NCBI GenBank assembly: GCA_963750035.1
Contig: CAVVPE010000019.1
Location: 61,088 to 125,087, forward strand
Direction of reading: 5' to 3'
DNA: 64,000 bases
Source of the DNA: an uncultured Acidobacteriota bacterium
GTDB taxonomy: Bacteria > Acidobacteriota > Vicinamibacteria > Vicinamibacterales > CAVVIG01
Numbering within the stretch: position 1 is the stretch's first letter; every line of letters starts with the position of its first letter. This document shows positions 26,553 through 38,995 of the stretch, piece by piece. The position numbers and the translations under genes are program-made. Below the pieces are notes generated by a model. That model searched no databases, had not been told where the DNA came from, and was given only the letters and a program-made list of their open reading frames with translations.

Positions 26553-27335
26553 ATGCCCTTTGACAACCTGCTCGTCGATCGCGACGGCGCCGTCGTGGTC
26601 ATCACCATCAACCGGCCCCGCGTCCTGAACGCTCTCAACACGCAGACCCTCGACGAGCTTCGCCGCGTGGTGCTGGACCTGAAGCAGGACGATGGCGTGC
26701 GGGCCATCATCGTGACCGGAGCGGGGGACAAAGCGTTCGTCGCCGGCGCCGACATCAACGAGCTCGCGGTGCTGTCGCCGCCGGCCGGCCGCGAGCATGC
26801 CCTCGCCGGACAGCACGTCCTCGACTTGATCGAGAACCTCGGCAAACCAGTCATTGCCGCGATCAACGGCTACGCGCTGGGCGGCGGCTGCGAGCTCGCG
26901 ATGGCATGCACGCTTCGACTGGCCGCCGACACGGCGAAGCTCGGTCAGCCGGAAATCAATCTCGGCCTCATTCCCGGCTATGCTGGCACGCAGCGCCTGG
27001 CCCGCCTGGTCGGGACTGGCAAGGCGATGGAGATCATCCTCACCGGGACGCCGATTGGCGCCGCGGAAGCGGAACGCATCGGGCTCGTCAATCGCGTCGT
27101 TCCCGCGGCGGACCTGATGAGCGAGGCGAAGAAGCTCGCCAGCCACCTCTCAGCGCAGGCGCCGGTGGCGGTCCGCTACATCATCGCGGCCATCAACAAA
27201 GGCGTCGAGATGGGATTTGCCGAGAGCGCGGTGTTCGAGGCGACGCTCTTCGGCCTCGTGGCGTCGACCGAGGACATGCGCGAGGGCACGCGCGCGTTTC
27301 TGGAGAAGCGAAAAGCCGAGTTCAAGGGCAGGTAG
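26553..27335 (+). CDS. Enoyl-CoA hydratase (crotonase family)
   Basis: AFVAGADI; NGYALGGGCEL; GQPEINLGLIPGYAGTQRL. Confidence 0.93.
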   Translation: MPFDNLLVDRDGAVVVITINRPRVLNALNTQTLDELRRVVLDLKQDDGVRAIIVTGAGDKAFVAGADINELAVLSPPAGREHALAGQHVLDLIENLGKPVIAAINGYALGGGCELAMACTLRLAADTAKLGQPEINLGLIPGYAGTQRLARLVGTGKAMEIILTGTPIGAAEAERIGLVNRVVPAADLMSEAKKLASHLSAQAPVAVRYIIAAINKGVEMGFAESAVFEATLFGLVASTEDMREGTRAFLEKRKAEFKGR

Positions 27336-27415
27336 GGCGGGCAGGGTGGGCAGGGCAGGAAGGGCAGGCAGGGCAGGTAGGGCGGCAGGGCCGGTAGCGC
27401 AGGTAGGGCAGCTAG
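27327..27415 (+). repeat. Tandem nonamer array, GGCAGGTAG-like, about 10 copies
   Basis: ggcaggtag ggcgggcag ggtgggcag ggcaggaag ggcaggcag ggcaggtag ... cgcaggtag ggcagctag; first unit contains the crotonase stop codon. Confidence 0.85.
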
Positions 27416-27426
27416 CGTGGGTACGA

Positions 27427-27529
27427 CACGAGCGCCTGCGGCCATGCCGAGCCGAGGACAAGCGAATCCGAGGCGAGGCATCAGCGTAAGTTCGCGGCGG
27501 GGGTGGGGCCCCGCCGCCAGTGGAAAAAA
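27427..27529 (+). repeat. ~100-bp structured dispersed element abutting the ribH start codon
   Basis: cacgagcgcctgcggccatgccgagccgagg...gcatcagcgt...gcggcgggggtggggccccgccgccagtggaaaaaa then GTG. Confidence 0.72.
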
Positions 27530-28012
27530 GTGATCACTCTGGAAGGCAGCCAATCGGCGAAGGGGATGCGGTTTGCGGTCGTGGTGTCGAAGTACAACGA
27601 CTTCGTGACGGATCGGCTGCAGGCGGCCGCGCTCGCGGCCCTGGACGCCGCGGGCGTGGACGGTGGCGACATCACGGTCCTGCGGGTCCCTGGCGCCTTC
27701 GAGATTCCGGCGGCTGCCCGGCAGGCGGCGAAGACCGGGAGCTTCCAGGCGATCGTCTGCCTGGGGTGTCTCATCCGCGGCGCCACGCCGCACTTCGAGT
27801 ACATCTCGTCCGCGGTGTCGCATGGGCTGACCGATGCCGCCGGGGCGACCGGCGTGCCGATGGCGTTCGGGGTGCTGACGACCAACTCGGTGGAAGAGGC
27901 GCTCGAGCGCGCCGGCGACGGTCCCTCCAACAAGGGCTGGGAGGCGGCGATGGCGGCTGTCGAAATGGCGACGCTGCTGCAGCGGATGACGCCGGCCCGG
28001 CACCTCCCGTGA
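27530..28012 (+). CDS. ribH: 6,7-dimethyl-8-ribityllumazine synthase
   Basis: VPGAFEIP; CLIRGATPHFEY; FGVLTT; NKGWEAA. Confidence 0.96.
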   Translation: MITLEGSQSAKGMRFAVVVSKYNDFVTDRLQAAALAALDAAGVDGGDITVLRVPGAFEIPAAARQAAKTGSFQAIVCLGCLIRGATPHFEYISSAVSHGLTDAAGATGVPMAFGVLTTNSVEEALERAGDGPSNKGWEAAMAAVEMATLLQRMTPARHLP

Positions 28013-28437
28013 AAAAGGACCTGCGGCATCGCGCCCGCGAGGCGGCCCTGCAGATCCTGTATCAGTGGGAAATCGGGCAGACCGACGTGCCGCGGGCGAC
28101 CGAGACGTTCTTCTCGCTGCAGTGGCCCGACGAGACGCCGCCGCCGGAGGAGCTGCGGTCGCAGGCGGCCGATCTGGCCGAGGAGACCGTCCGCCATCTG
28201 GCGCGGATCGACGCGCTCATCGCCGAGACCACCGAGCGGTGGCGCCCCGAGCGGATGGCCGTCATCGACCGGCTGATCATGCGGCTCGCCATCTGCGAGC
28301 TGCTGCGCCCGGTTTCGATGCCGCCCCCGGTCATCATCAACGAAGCCCTCGAGCTGGCACGGACCTTCAGCACCGAAGAATCCGTCAAGTTCATCAACGG
28401 GATGCTGGACGCCATTCGAAAGAAGGTCGCGTCGTAG
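28009..28437 (+). CDS. nusB: Transcription antitermination factor NusB
   Basis: RHRAREAALQILYQWE; RMAVIDRLIMRLA; INEALELARTFSTEESVKFINGMLD. Confidence 0.95.
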   Translation: MKKDLRHRAREAALQILYQWEIGQTDVPRATETFFSLQWPDETPPPEELRSQAADLAEETVRHLARIDALIAETTERWRPERMAVIDRLIMRLAICELLRPVSMPPPVIINEALELARTFSTEESVKFINGMLDAIRKKVAS

Positions 28438-28441
28438 CGCT

Positions 28442-29941
28442 ATGTCATCGCAGGACGAACAGATCGCCCAACGCCGATCGAACCTTCAGCAGCTCGAGCA
28501 ACTGGGGATCGACGTCTACCCCCGCCGCTTCGATCGGCGCCACACCGTCTCCGATCTGGTTGCGGCGCACGGGTCGAAGGGTCACGACGAGCTGGAGGCC
28601 GAACGGCCCGAAACGGTCACGAGCGGCCGGATTCTGGCGGTCCGCTCGTTTGGCAAGGCGAACTTCCTGGCCATCTCCGACGGATCGGCGAAGATCCAGA
28701 TCTATATCCGGCAGGACTCGCTGCCGCCGCTCGACTTCCAGATCTTCAAGCTGCTGGATTTCGGCGACTGGATTGGCGTCGAGGGCCGGCTGTTCCGCAC
28801 CAAGACCAACGAGCTCACCATCTGGGCGTCGCGGCTGCACTTCCTCGCGAAGTGCCTCCTCCCGCTGCCCGAGAAATGGCACGGGCTCACCGACGTGGAA
28901 ATCCGGTACCGCCAGCGCTACCTCGACCTCGTGGTCAATCCCGATTCGCGGCGTGTGTTCGAGGTGCGAAGCCGCGTGGTGACGGCGATCCGGAGCTTCA
29001 TGACCGCGCGCGGGTACCTCGAGGTCGAGACGCCGATGATGCAGCCGATCGCCGGCGGCGCGCTGGCGCGCCCGTTCGTCACGCACCACAACACCCTCGA
29101 CATGGAGCTGTACCTCCGCGTCGCGCCGGAGCTGTACCTCAAGCGGCTGGTCGTCGGCGGGCTCGAGAAGGTGTTCGAGATCAACCGCAACTTCCGGAAC
29201 GAAGGGATTTCGACGCAGCATAATCCCGAGTTCACGATGATGGAGTTTTACGAGGCCTACTCGGACTACCAGGCGCTGATGACCCTGACCGAGGAGCTCT
29301 TCGCCACCGTGGCTCGGGAGGCGATCGGCACCGACGAAGTCGCCTTCGGTGAACACCGCATCTCCTTGAAGGCGCCGTTTGCCCGGGTGTCCCTGCGAGA
29401 CGCCGCCCGTGAAGCCGCGGCCAGGCGGCTGGGCCGGTCGGTCGAGGAGTCGGAGCTCCGGCAGCGCGAGCCGGCTGCGGCGCTGGCCGGCAGGCTGGGC
29501 GTCGAAGTGAAGCCCGGCGACGGCGCCGGCAAGATCACGATGAGCCTCTTCGAGGCGCTGTGCGAGGATCGTCTGGTGCAGCCGACGTTCGTCCACGACT
29601 TCCCGACGGAGGTGTCCCCCCTGTCGAAGCAGCGTCCGGACGACCCCGAGACCGTCGAACGGTTCGAGCTGTACATCGGCGGTGTCGAGGTGGCCAATGC
29701 TTTCAGTGAGCTCAACGATCCGGTCGAACAGCGCCGGCGGTTCGAGGCCCAGCTGAGCAGCCGCGCTGGCGGGGACGTCGAGGCACACGCGATGGACGAA
29801 GACTACATCCGCGCGCTGGAGTACGGCCTGCCGCCGACCGCCGGCGAGGGTGTCGGCATCGACCGGCTCGTGATGCTCCTCACGAACAGTCCATCGATCA
29901 GGGATGTCATACTGTTTCCGTTGATGAGGAAGAGGGAATAG
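28442..29941 (+). CDS. lysS: Lysine--tRNA ligase, class II
   Basis: YRQRYLDL; GGALARPF; FRNEGISTQHNPEFT; YGLPPTAGEGVGIDRL. Confidence 0.98.
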   Translation: MSSQDEQIAQRRSNLQQLEQLGIDVYPRRFDRRHTVSDLVAAHGSKGHDELEAERPETVTSGRILAVRSFGKANFLAISDGSAKIQIYIRQDSLPPLDFQIFKLLDFGDWIGVEGRLFRTKTNELTIWASRLHFLAKCLLPLPEKWHGLTDVEIRYRQRYLDLVVNPDSRRVFEVRSRVVTAIRSFMTARGYLEVETPMMQPIAGGALARPFVTHHNTLDMELYLRVAPELYLKRLVVGGLEKVFEINRNFRNEGISTQHNPEFTMMEFYEAYSDYQALMTLTEELFATVAREAIGTDEVAFGEHRISLKAPFARVSLRDAAREAAARRLGRSVEESELRQREPAAALAGRLGVEVKPGDGAGKITMSLFEALCEDRLVQPTFVHDFPTEVSPLSKQRPDDPETVERFELYIGGVEVANAFSELNDPVEQRRRFEAQLSSRAGGDVEAHAMDEDYIRALEYGLPPTAGEGVGIDRLVMLLTNSPSIRDVILFPLMRKRE

Positions 29942-31163
29942 TTGAACGTCCCATTCGAGCTTCACGTCGCCTTCCGGTATCTCATCGCCAAGCGCAAGCA
30001 GGCGTTCATCTCGGTCATCTCGTTCATCTCCGCGCTTGGCGTCACCGTCGGTGTGATGGCGCTGGTCATCGCCCTGGCGCTGATGACCGGGCTGATGCAG
30101 GAAGTCCGCGACCGGATTCTCGCGTCCAACCCGCACATCTACGTGTGGAAGCGCGGCGGCATTACCGATTACCGCGCCGAAGCCGACCGGCTCCGGCAGG
30201 TGCCGCGGGTGCTCGGCGCGGCGCCCGCCATTCTCGACCAGACGCTCGCTTACGCGCGCGGCGTCAGCTCGCCGATCCAGATCAAGGGGATCGACCCGCA
30301 CATCGAGCAGCAGGTCACCGACATTCAGTCGGCGCTGCGGAGCGGGAGCCTCGACGATCTGGAGGCGTCCGAGGATCGGCTGCCGGGCATCCTGCTCGGC
30401 GCGCAGCTGGCGGTCAAGATGGGTGTCAGGGTCGGCGACGAGATCAAGGTCGATTTCGCCCGACCTTGCGCCGACGGGCCTCTCGCTCCGTCCGCGTCCG
30501 CTGCGCGTCGCGGGGACGTTCGAGCTCGGCCTGCCCGAGTTCGACTCCACCTATGGCTACGTGTCGATCGAGACCGCGAAGCGGACGCTCGGCAAGGACC
30601 ACATCGACTTCATCCAGCTCCGCGTCGACGACATCTGGGCCGCGCCGCAGATTGCCGCGCAGATCGACAGCCTGGGCGAAGGCGACTACCTGACCGAGGA
30701 CTGGGCCGACATGAACCAGTCGTTGTTCGGCGCGCTGTCGCTCGAGCGGAAGGCGATCTCGCTCGCCATCGCGCTGATCGTCATGGTGGCCGCGCTCAAC
30801 ATCGTCGCGTCGCTGATCCTCATGGTGATGGAGAAGCACCGCGACATCGCCATCCTCAAGACGATGGGCGCGAGCGCGCGAAGCATCATGGCGATCTTCA
30901 TGCTGCAGGGGGTGATCATCGGCGTCATCGGCACGACCGTCGGCACGATTGCCGGGGTTGTCGCCGCGACGCTGGCCGACCGCTATCACCTCGTCTCGGT
31001 GGCCCCGGACATCTACATGGTGTCCTACATGCCGTTCACCGTCCGGCCGGTGGATCTGGTGATAGTGGTCGCCTCCGCGATGGTGATCTGCTTCGTCGCG
31101 ACCATCTATCCGTCGAGGCAAGCCGCCCGCCTCGATCCGGCGCAGGCGCTGAGATACGAGTAA
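29942..31163 (+). CDS. LolC/E(F)-type lipoprotein-releasing ABC permease; one indel
   Basis: AFISVISFISALGVTVGVMALVI; VAALNIVASLILMVMEKHRDIAILKTMGA; DPAQALRYE. Confidence 0.92.
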
Positions 31164-31188
31164 GCGTCGCGTGTCGACCAATCAGGCA

Positions 31189-31285
31189 GCCACGAAAGCA
31201 CGAAGGAAAGCCACGAAAGCGCGAAAACACGAAAACAGCTTTTGATGCGGTCTTTTTCGTGATTTCGTGTTTTCGTGTGTTCGTG
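31189..31285. repeat. Mirrored arrays (CACGAAA)n / (TTTCGTG)n
   Basis: ccacgaaagcacgaag...ccacgaaagcgcgaaaacacgaaaa ... tttttcgtgatttcgtgttttcgtgtgttcgtg. Confidence 0.85.
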
Positions 31286-31299
31286 CGTTGTAGCTGTCG

Positions 31300-31992
31300 A
31301 TGGCGTTTCTGGAAGCCCACGGCGTCACCAAGAGCTACACCGTGGGCTCGCAGCAGCTGGTCGTGCTCCGCGACCTGGATCTCGTGGTCGAAGCGGGCGA
31401 GATGGTCGCCGTGGTCGGCGCGTCCGGGGTGGGGAAGAGCACGTTGCTGCATGTGCTCGGCGGCCTTGATGCGGTCGACGGTGGGACGATTGCCATCAAC
31501 GGCATCGACCTGACGCGGCTCGCGGACGGCGAGCGCGTGGCGTTCCGCAATCAACACGTGGGGTTCGTCTTCCAGTTTCATCACCTGCTGCCGGAGTTCA
31601 CCGCCGTCGAGAACGCCGAGATGCCGATGCGGATCGCGCGGCTCCGCGTGGGGGAGTCGCGCGCGCGGGCCGACGAACTCCTGCGGCGCGTCGGGCTCGG
31701 TGAGCGGCTGACACACCGGCCCGGCATGCTGTCGGGCGGCGAACAGCAGCGCGTCGCCGTGGCGCGGGCGCTCATCATGCGTCCGAGCGTCCTCCTCGCC
31801 GACGAGCCGACGGGCGATCTCGACGAACAGACCGCGGATGCCCTGCACGCGCTCCTGCGCGACATGCACGCGGCCTACGGCCTCACCTCAATCATCGCCA
31901 CCCACAACCCGCGCCTGGCCGCCGCGTGCGACCGCATCCTGCGCCTCGAAGGGGGGCGCCTGACGGCGGCGTCCGCCCGTGTTCCAGTCTGA
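31300..31992 (+). CDS. lolD: Lipoprotein-releasing ABC ATPase LolD
   Basis: GASGVGKST; [13 protein letters not shown]; LSGGEQQR; [10 protein letters not shown]. Confidence 0.92.
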   Translation: MAFLEAHGVTKSYTVGSQQLVVLRDLDLVVEAGEMVAVVGASGVGKSTLLHVLGGLDAVDGGTIAINGIDLTRLADGERVAFRNQHVGFVFQFHHLLPEFTAVENAEMPMRIARLRVGESRARADELLRRVGLGERLTHRPGMLSGGEQQRVAVARALIMRPSVLLADEPTGDLDEQTADALHALLRDMHAAYGLTSIIATHNPRLAAACDRILRLEGGRLTAASARVPV

Positions 31993-32140
31993 GCCACGCC
32001 TCCCGGACCTGCGACCGACCGATAAGTACCTCGACCGGGCACGCGAGTTGCGATCCCAGCGTCTAAATGGTGGGGCGTGAACCCTAATGATGACAGTAAG
32101 TTATACGCAGAATGCGGTTGGGTTTCGCGGGAGGCGTCTG

Positions 32141-32170
32141 TATAATGTGGTCATCGCCTCCGTGACCACA
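32141..32170 (+). promoter_or_regulatory. -10 box with overlapping 8-9-8 inverted repeat upstream of clpC
   Basis: TATAAT at 32141-32146; TGTGGTCA-N9-TGACCACA at 32146-32170. Confidence 0.6.
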
Positions 32171-32200
32171 ACTGCATCTGCTTTCACCTAGGTAGGCCGG

Positions 32201-34636
<2,436 letters not shown>

Positions 34637-34637
34637 T

Positions 34638-34760
34638 ATCTGGATCTGGTAATTGGGTAATCTGGTAATCGGGTGATTGATTGCCAGGTTTCCCTGGCCG
34701 TCAGCTTGTTCGTTGGATCCAATTACCCGATTGTTCAATCACCCGATCTACCCGATTAGA
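34638..34760. repeat. Mirrored octamer arrays (AATCGGGT-like) / (ACCCGATT-like)
   Basis: atctggt aattgggt aatctggt aatcgggt ... aattacccg att ... aatcacccg atctacccg att. Confidence 0.8.
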
Positions 34761-34829
34761 CGGCCGAAGGCCGTCGAGCCCCGTCTAATTATCTAGTAAA
34801 CTTAGGCGTCGGTTCTCAGGAAAGCCCGG

Positions 34830-37576
34830 ATGATCAAGTACTTAGCACTCGCTGCGGCGCTGGCCGGACCGATGGTGCCTGCCGCCGCCGCGCAGGATCA
34901 GCGCGCCGACGCGTCGCGCAATCCCACGACCGTCTGCGGCATCCCGTTGGGGCCGCCGGCCGCGCTCCCGCCCGCCAACTCCGCTCCCATCGTCTGGCAG
35001 ATCGTGCCGTGCTTCGAGAAGCAGGGCAACGTCACGCTCGTCGATCCCCAGACCTATCTGTATTACATGCAGATTCAGCAGAAGCGCAGCATCCCGTCTC
35101 AGGGCGTGTGGGTGACTTACGACGAGAGCGTCGAGCAGCTCATGCGCGAGGACTTCACGCGCCTGTACAACACGAACTTCCTCGACAACATCTCGATCGA
35201 GACGCAGGACTACACGTTTTCGAATGGCGTCGATCGGCAAGATCCTCCTCTACAACATGGAGGAGCGGCAGCGGGTCAAGATCGTCACCTACCAGCACTC
35301 CAAGAAATTCGAGGACACCAAGATCGACGAGAAGCTCAAGGAGCTGGGCTCCGAGATCCGCCTCGACACGTTCATCGACGCGGCGCTCCTGAAGAAGGCG
35401 AGCGGCATCATCCGCGACATGATGCGCGAGAAAGGATTCCAGTTCGCCGAGGTGCGTCCGGAGATCGAGGAGCTGGCCGGCGGGCCGAAGCTGGTCCGGC
35501 TGACGTTCCACATGGACGACGGTCCGAAGGTCCAGATCAAGAACATCGACTTCATGGGCAACCGCGCGCTCAGCGACGGCACGCTGCAGGGCGCGATGAA
35601 GCAGAACAAGGAACGCTGGACCTGGTCCTGGATTACCGGCCGCGGCACCTACCAGGAAAACCTGTTCGAAGAAGACGCCCAGCGGATCATCGAAAAGTAT
35701 CGCGAGAAAGGCTTCATCTTCGCGCAGGTCGGCGCGCCCGAGCTGAAGTACCTCGGCGACTCTCCCGATGGCGATACGCGGTGGGTCGAGCTCCGCGTCC
35801 CGGTGATTGAAGGCGATCGCCACCGCGTCGGCAACTTCACCTTCGAAGGCAACACGGTCGTGAAGGCCGATGCCCTCCGGACGCTGTTCGAATTGAAAGA
35901 GGGCGACTGGTACAGCCAGAAGGCGATTCGAAAGGGATTCCAGAAGGCCCAGGAAGCCTATGGCTCGATGGGTTATTACGAGTTCACCGGATATCCCGAG
36001 CCGGTCGCTCGCGACACGTCCGGCGGCGCCGCCAACGGCAACGGTAGTGGCGACGGCAACGGATCAGCTGCCCAGAAGCCGGCGACCGCCGGTGCGTCTG
36101 CTCGATCGTCCTCGCCCCCCATCGTCGACATCACGATGCGCCTGCAGGAAGGGAAGCAGTACTTCGTCAACCGCATCACGTTCGTCGGCAACACGACGAC
36201 GCGCGACAACGTGATCCGGCGCGAGCTGCGGCTCTACGAAAACTCGGTCTTCAACACGATGGCGCTGCAGAACAGCATCAAGCGCATCAATCAGCTCGGC
36301 TACTTCAAGTCGCTGGAAGGACCGGGCAAGGACGTCATGATCGAAAAGACGGCGGGCCGCGACGACCGGCTCGACGTCGCGCTCAAAGTCGAGGAGCAGA
36401 ATCGCAACCAGCTCACCTTCGGCGCGGGGGTCTCGCAGTTCGAGGGCTTCTTCGGCCAGCTGTCGTTCCAGACCGCCAATTTCATGGGCCGCGGCGAAAG
36501 CCTCACCGTGTCGCTCCAGGGCGGGCAGCGGGCGCAGAACTTCACGGTCGCCTTCACCGAGCCGTTCCTCTTCGACCGCAACATCACGGCCGGCGTCAAT
36601 CTCTTCAAACAGCAATACCGCTACATCAGCCAGTTCACCCAGAACTCGCAGGGCGGCGCGCTCACGTTCGGGATTCCCGCTCGGCCGCGGCTTCACGCGG
36701 ATGTTCACGAACTACAGCTACGAGCAGGTTCGTGTCACCGAGCTGAGCCAGGCGTACCAGGACGCGGCGCTGCTCCGCCGCAACCCGTTCCTGTTCGATT
36801 CGCTGCTCATCGGCCTCAACGGCGAGCGGCGGATCAGCAAGGTCACGCCGAGCATCATTCACAACACCGTGGATCAGCCGATCTTCCCGACGAGCGGCAA
36901 ACGGCTGTCGGCCTCGATCGATCTGGCGGGCCTCGGCGGCAATACGAGCTTCTACAAGCCGCAGCTCGAGGGGATCTATATCTGGCGGCAGGGCGGCCGC
37001 TTCTCACTGGCCTCACGCGGGCAGATCGAACTCATCAACCCGTATGCCGGGACCCGGCAGCTGCCGATCTTCGAGAAGCTGTTTCTCGGCGGCGAGTACA
37101 GCGTCCGGGGCTTCGACATCCGCTCGATCGGGCCGACCGATCCAGTGACCGGTCTCGTCCTCGGCGGCAACAAGAGCCTGCTGTTCAACGTCGAGCAGAA
37201 CATCAACATCGCCGGCCCCGTGCGGTTGATCCTGTTCTTCGATGCCGGCCAGGTCCGCCCGCAGGGCGAGGGCTTCGGCTGGACCCAGGACGTGCTGCAG
37301 GTCGATCTAGCCTCCGTTGAGAGGCCGATCCTGTTCGATCCGAACACGAGCGGCCTGAGCGATCCGAGTGCCCCGGCGGTTCCCACGAAGCTCGTGACGC
37401 AGAAGGCGTTCAAGACGTCCACGGGCGCCGAGGTCCGATTCTTCATGCCGGTCTTGAACGTGCCGTTCCGGTTGATCTTCGCCTACAACCCAAGCCGGGA
37501 AGGCGTCATGGATCAGTCCACGCTGCGGCCGCAGGAGGCGTTCCAGTTCCGGTTCGCGGTGGGGACGACGTTCTGA
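34830..37576 (+). CDS. bamA: Outer membrane protein assembly factor BamA; two indels
   Basis: Signal peptide; POTRA motif ITFVGNTTTRDNVIRREL; LGGEYSVRGF; C-terminal FAVGTTF*. Confidence 0.95.
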
Positions 37577-37624
37577 TCGAGATCGAGCAGGGCGGGCAGA
37601 GGGGCTGGCGTGTGTTCCGGGCGG

Positions 37625-37663
37625 CCGCCTTCGCTGGCTTCGCCAGCTTTGGCGCGCCAAGCC
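37625..37663. repeat. REP-like hairpin between bamA and skp
   Basis: ccgccttcgctggcttcgccagctttggcg...aagcc, with a TTCG-loop stem. Confidence 0.5.
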
Positions 37664-37694
37664 CGCCAGCGCCGTCCGTCCTTGCTGCCCGCCT

Positions 37695-37703
37695 TGCTAT
37701 AAT
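37695..37703 (+). promoter_or_regulatory. Extended -10 promoter for skp
   Basis: TGcTATAAT, 33 nt upstream of the ATG; AAGGA in between. Confidence 0.6.
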
Positions 37704-37736
37704 TACCCGCTTAAATCAGCGAAAGGATTCCGCGTA

Positions 37737-38385
37737 ATGAGACGTCTTGCTGTCGCCGTGCCGGCTGCGCTGCTGGTGAGCGCCATGTCGGCGTTCGCCC
37801 AGGCACCGGCCGCACCGCCCGCGGGCCAGGCTCCCGCGCAGCCCAAGCCAACTGCCCCGGCGCAGCCGGCGACGAAGCCCGCGCCAGCGCCCGACCCCGG
37901 CGCCGCCCCCCGCTCCGCCGAAGCCGTTCCCGCAGGGCGCCAAGGTGGCGTTCGTGAACCTGCAGGCGGTCTTCCAGCTCTCGGCCGACGGCAAGGCTGC
38001 CGCCGCGAAGGTTCAGTCGCTCACCACGCAGAAGCAGGCGCAGATTGCCGAACGGCAGAAACTGCTCCAGGCCAACCAGCAGAAGCTCCAGACCGGCGGC
38101 ACCCTGATGAACGAGCAGGCGCGTGCGCAGCTCGAGAAGGAAGTCGAAAAGCTGACCCGCGAGCTGGAACGCTTTCAGCAGGATGCGCAGGCCGAGTTGA
38201 ACGACTTGCAGGTCGAGCTGAACGACGGGTTCCAGAAGAAGCTGTTTCCGGTGCTGCAGAAGATGGCCGAGGAGAAGGGGCTGCACATGCTCTTCAGCGC
38301 CGCCGATGCCGGTCTCATCTGGGCCGACGAAGGCTTGAACCTGACCGAGGAAGCCGTCAAACGCCTCGACGGGGGGGTCAAGTAA
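37737..38385 (+). CDS. skp: OmpH/Skp periplasmic chaperone with Pro/Ala-rich N-terminal linker; frameshifted
   Basis: Signal peptide; KVAFVNLQAVFQLSADGK; Gln-rich coiled coil; NLTEEAVKRLD; follows bamA. Confidence 0.9.
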
Positions 38386-38409
38386 TCGGGTCCGGATTCG
38401 GTCGGGTAA

Positions 38410-38432
38410 GTAGCGTCCGGCTTCAGCCGGTA
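38410..38432 (+). repeat. GTAG-type REP hairpin between convergent genes
   Basis: GTAGcgtccggcttcagccgg. Confidence 0.55.
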
Positions 38433-38444
38433 CCGACGACCGCG

Positions 38445-38867
38445 TCAGGGTCTGACGACGGTCAGCTCGTAGTCGGTGGGCTGAGGCAGCGTTCCCGCCG
38501 CGTCGTACACCCGCACGCACAACCGTCCTTCGCGGTCGGCCGCTCCAACGATGGCGGTCCCGACCGTGGCGTTATCGTTCGAGATCACCGTCGCACACGT
38601 TTCCGCCGTGCCGTTCCAGGTTCCCAGGCTCAAGCCGATGGTGACCGTCGAATCCGGCGCCAGACTGGCGATGGTGGCGCGAATCGCTCCCGAACTGGTC
38701 ACGCTGAAGGGGTGCGTGTTGCCGCCGTTCTGCGTCAGCGTGCCGGTGAACGTTTCGGTGACGGGGTTGTTGGGCTGCGACGGAATCGCGGGGTTGATGT
38801 CTTCCGAGCACGCCACGTGCCCGAGCGCTACCGCCAGAATGACCGCGGGGAACAGCTTCGTGGACAT
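38445..38867 (-). CDS. Small beta-rich lipoprotein, unknown function
   Basis: MSTKLFPAVILAVALGHVA-C lipobox-like; TETFTGTL...LCVRVYD...YELTVVRP*; two further Cys. Confidence 0.78.
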   Translation of the reverse strand: MSTKLFPAVILAVALGHVACSEDINPAIPSQPNNPVTETFTGTLTQNGGNTHPFSVTSSGAIRATIASLAPDSTVTIGLSLGTWNGTAETCATVISNDNATVGTAIVGAADREGRLCVRVYDAAGTLPQPTDYELTVVRP

Positions 38868-38995
38868 GGTCTCCGCTGAATTTACCATGTTACGACGCCT
38901 GGCCCGGCAGGATGGTCTGCCGCACGACGGAACGGACGAAGGCCGAACCGGGGCGAACGTCGAACGGCTGGGAATCTTGATAGACTGATGGCCCC

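Noticed and set aside
27327-27529. CRISPR array or FMN riboswitch upstream of ribH
   Set aside because: The repeats are 9-mers without spacers, and the structured part lacks RFN consensus motifs and recurs at unrelated genes.
34842-34850. TTAGCACTC CIRCE half-site
   Set aside because: It lies inside the bamA signal-peptide codons and has no second arm.
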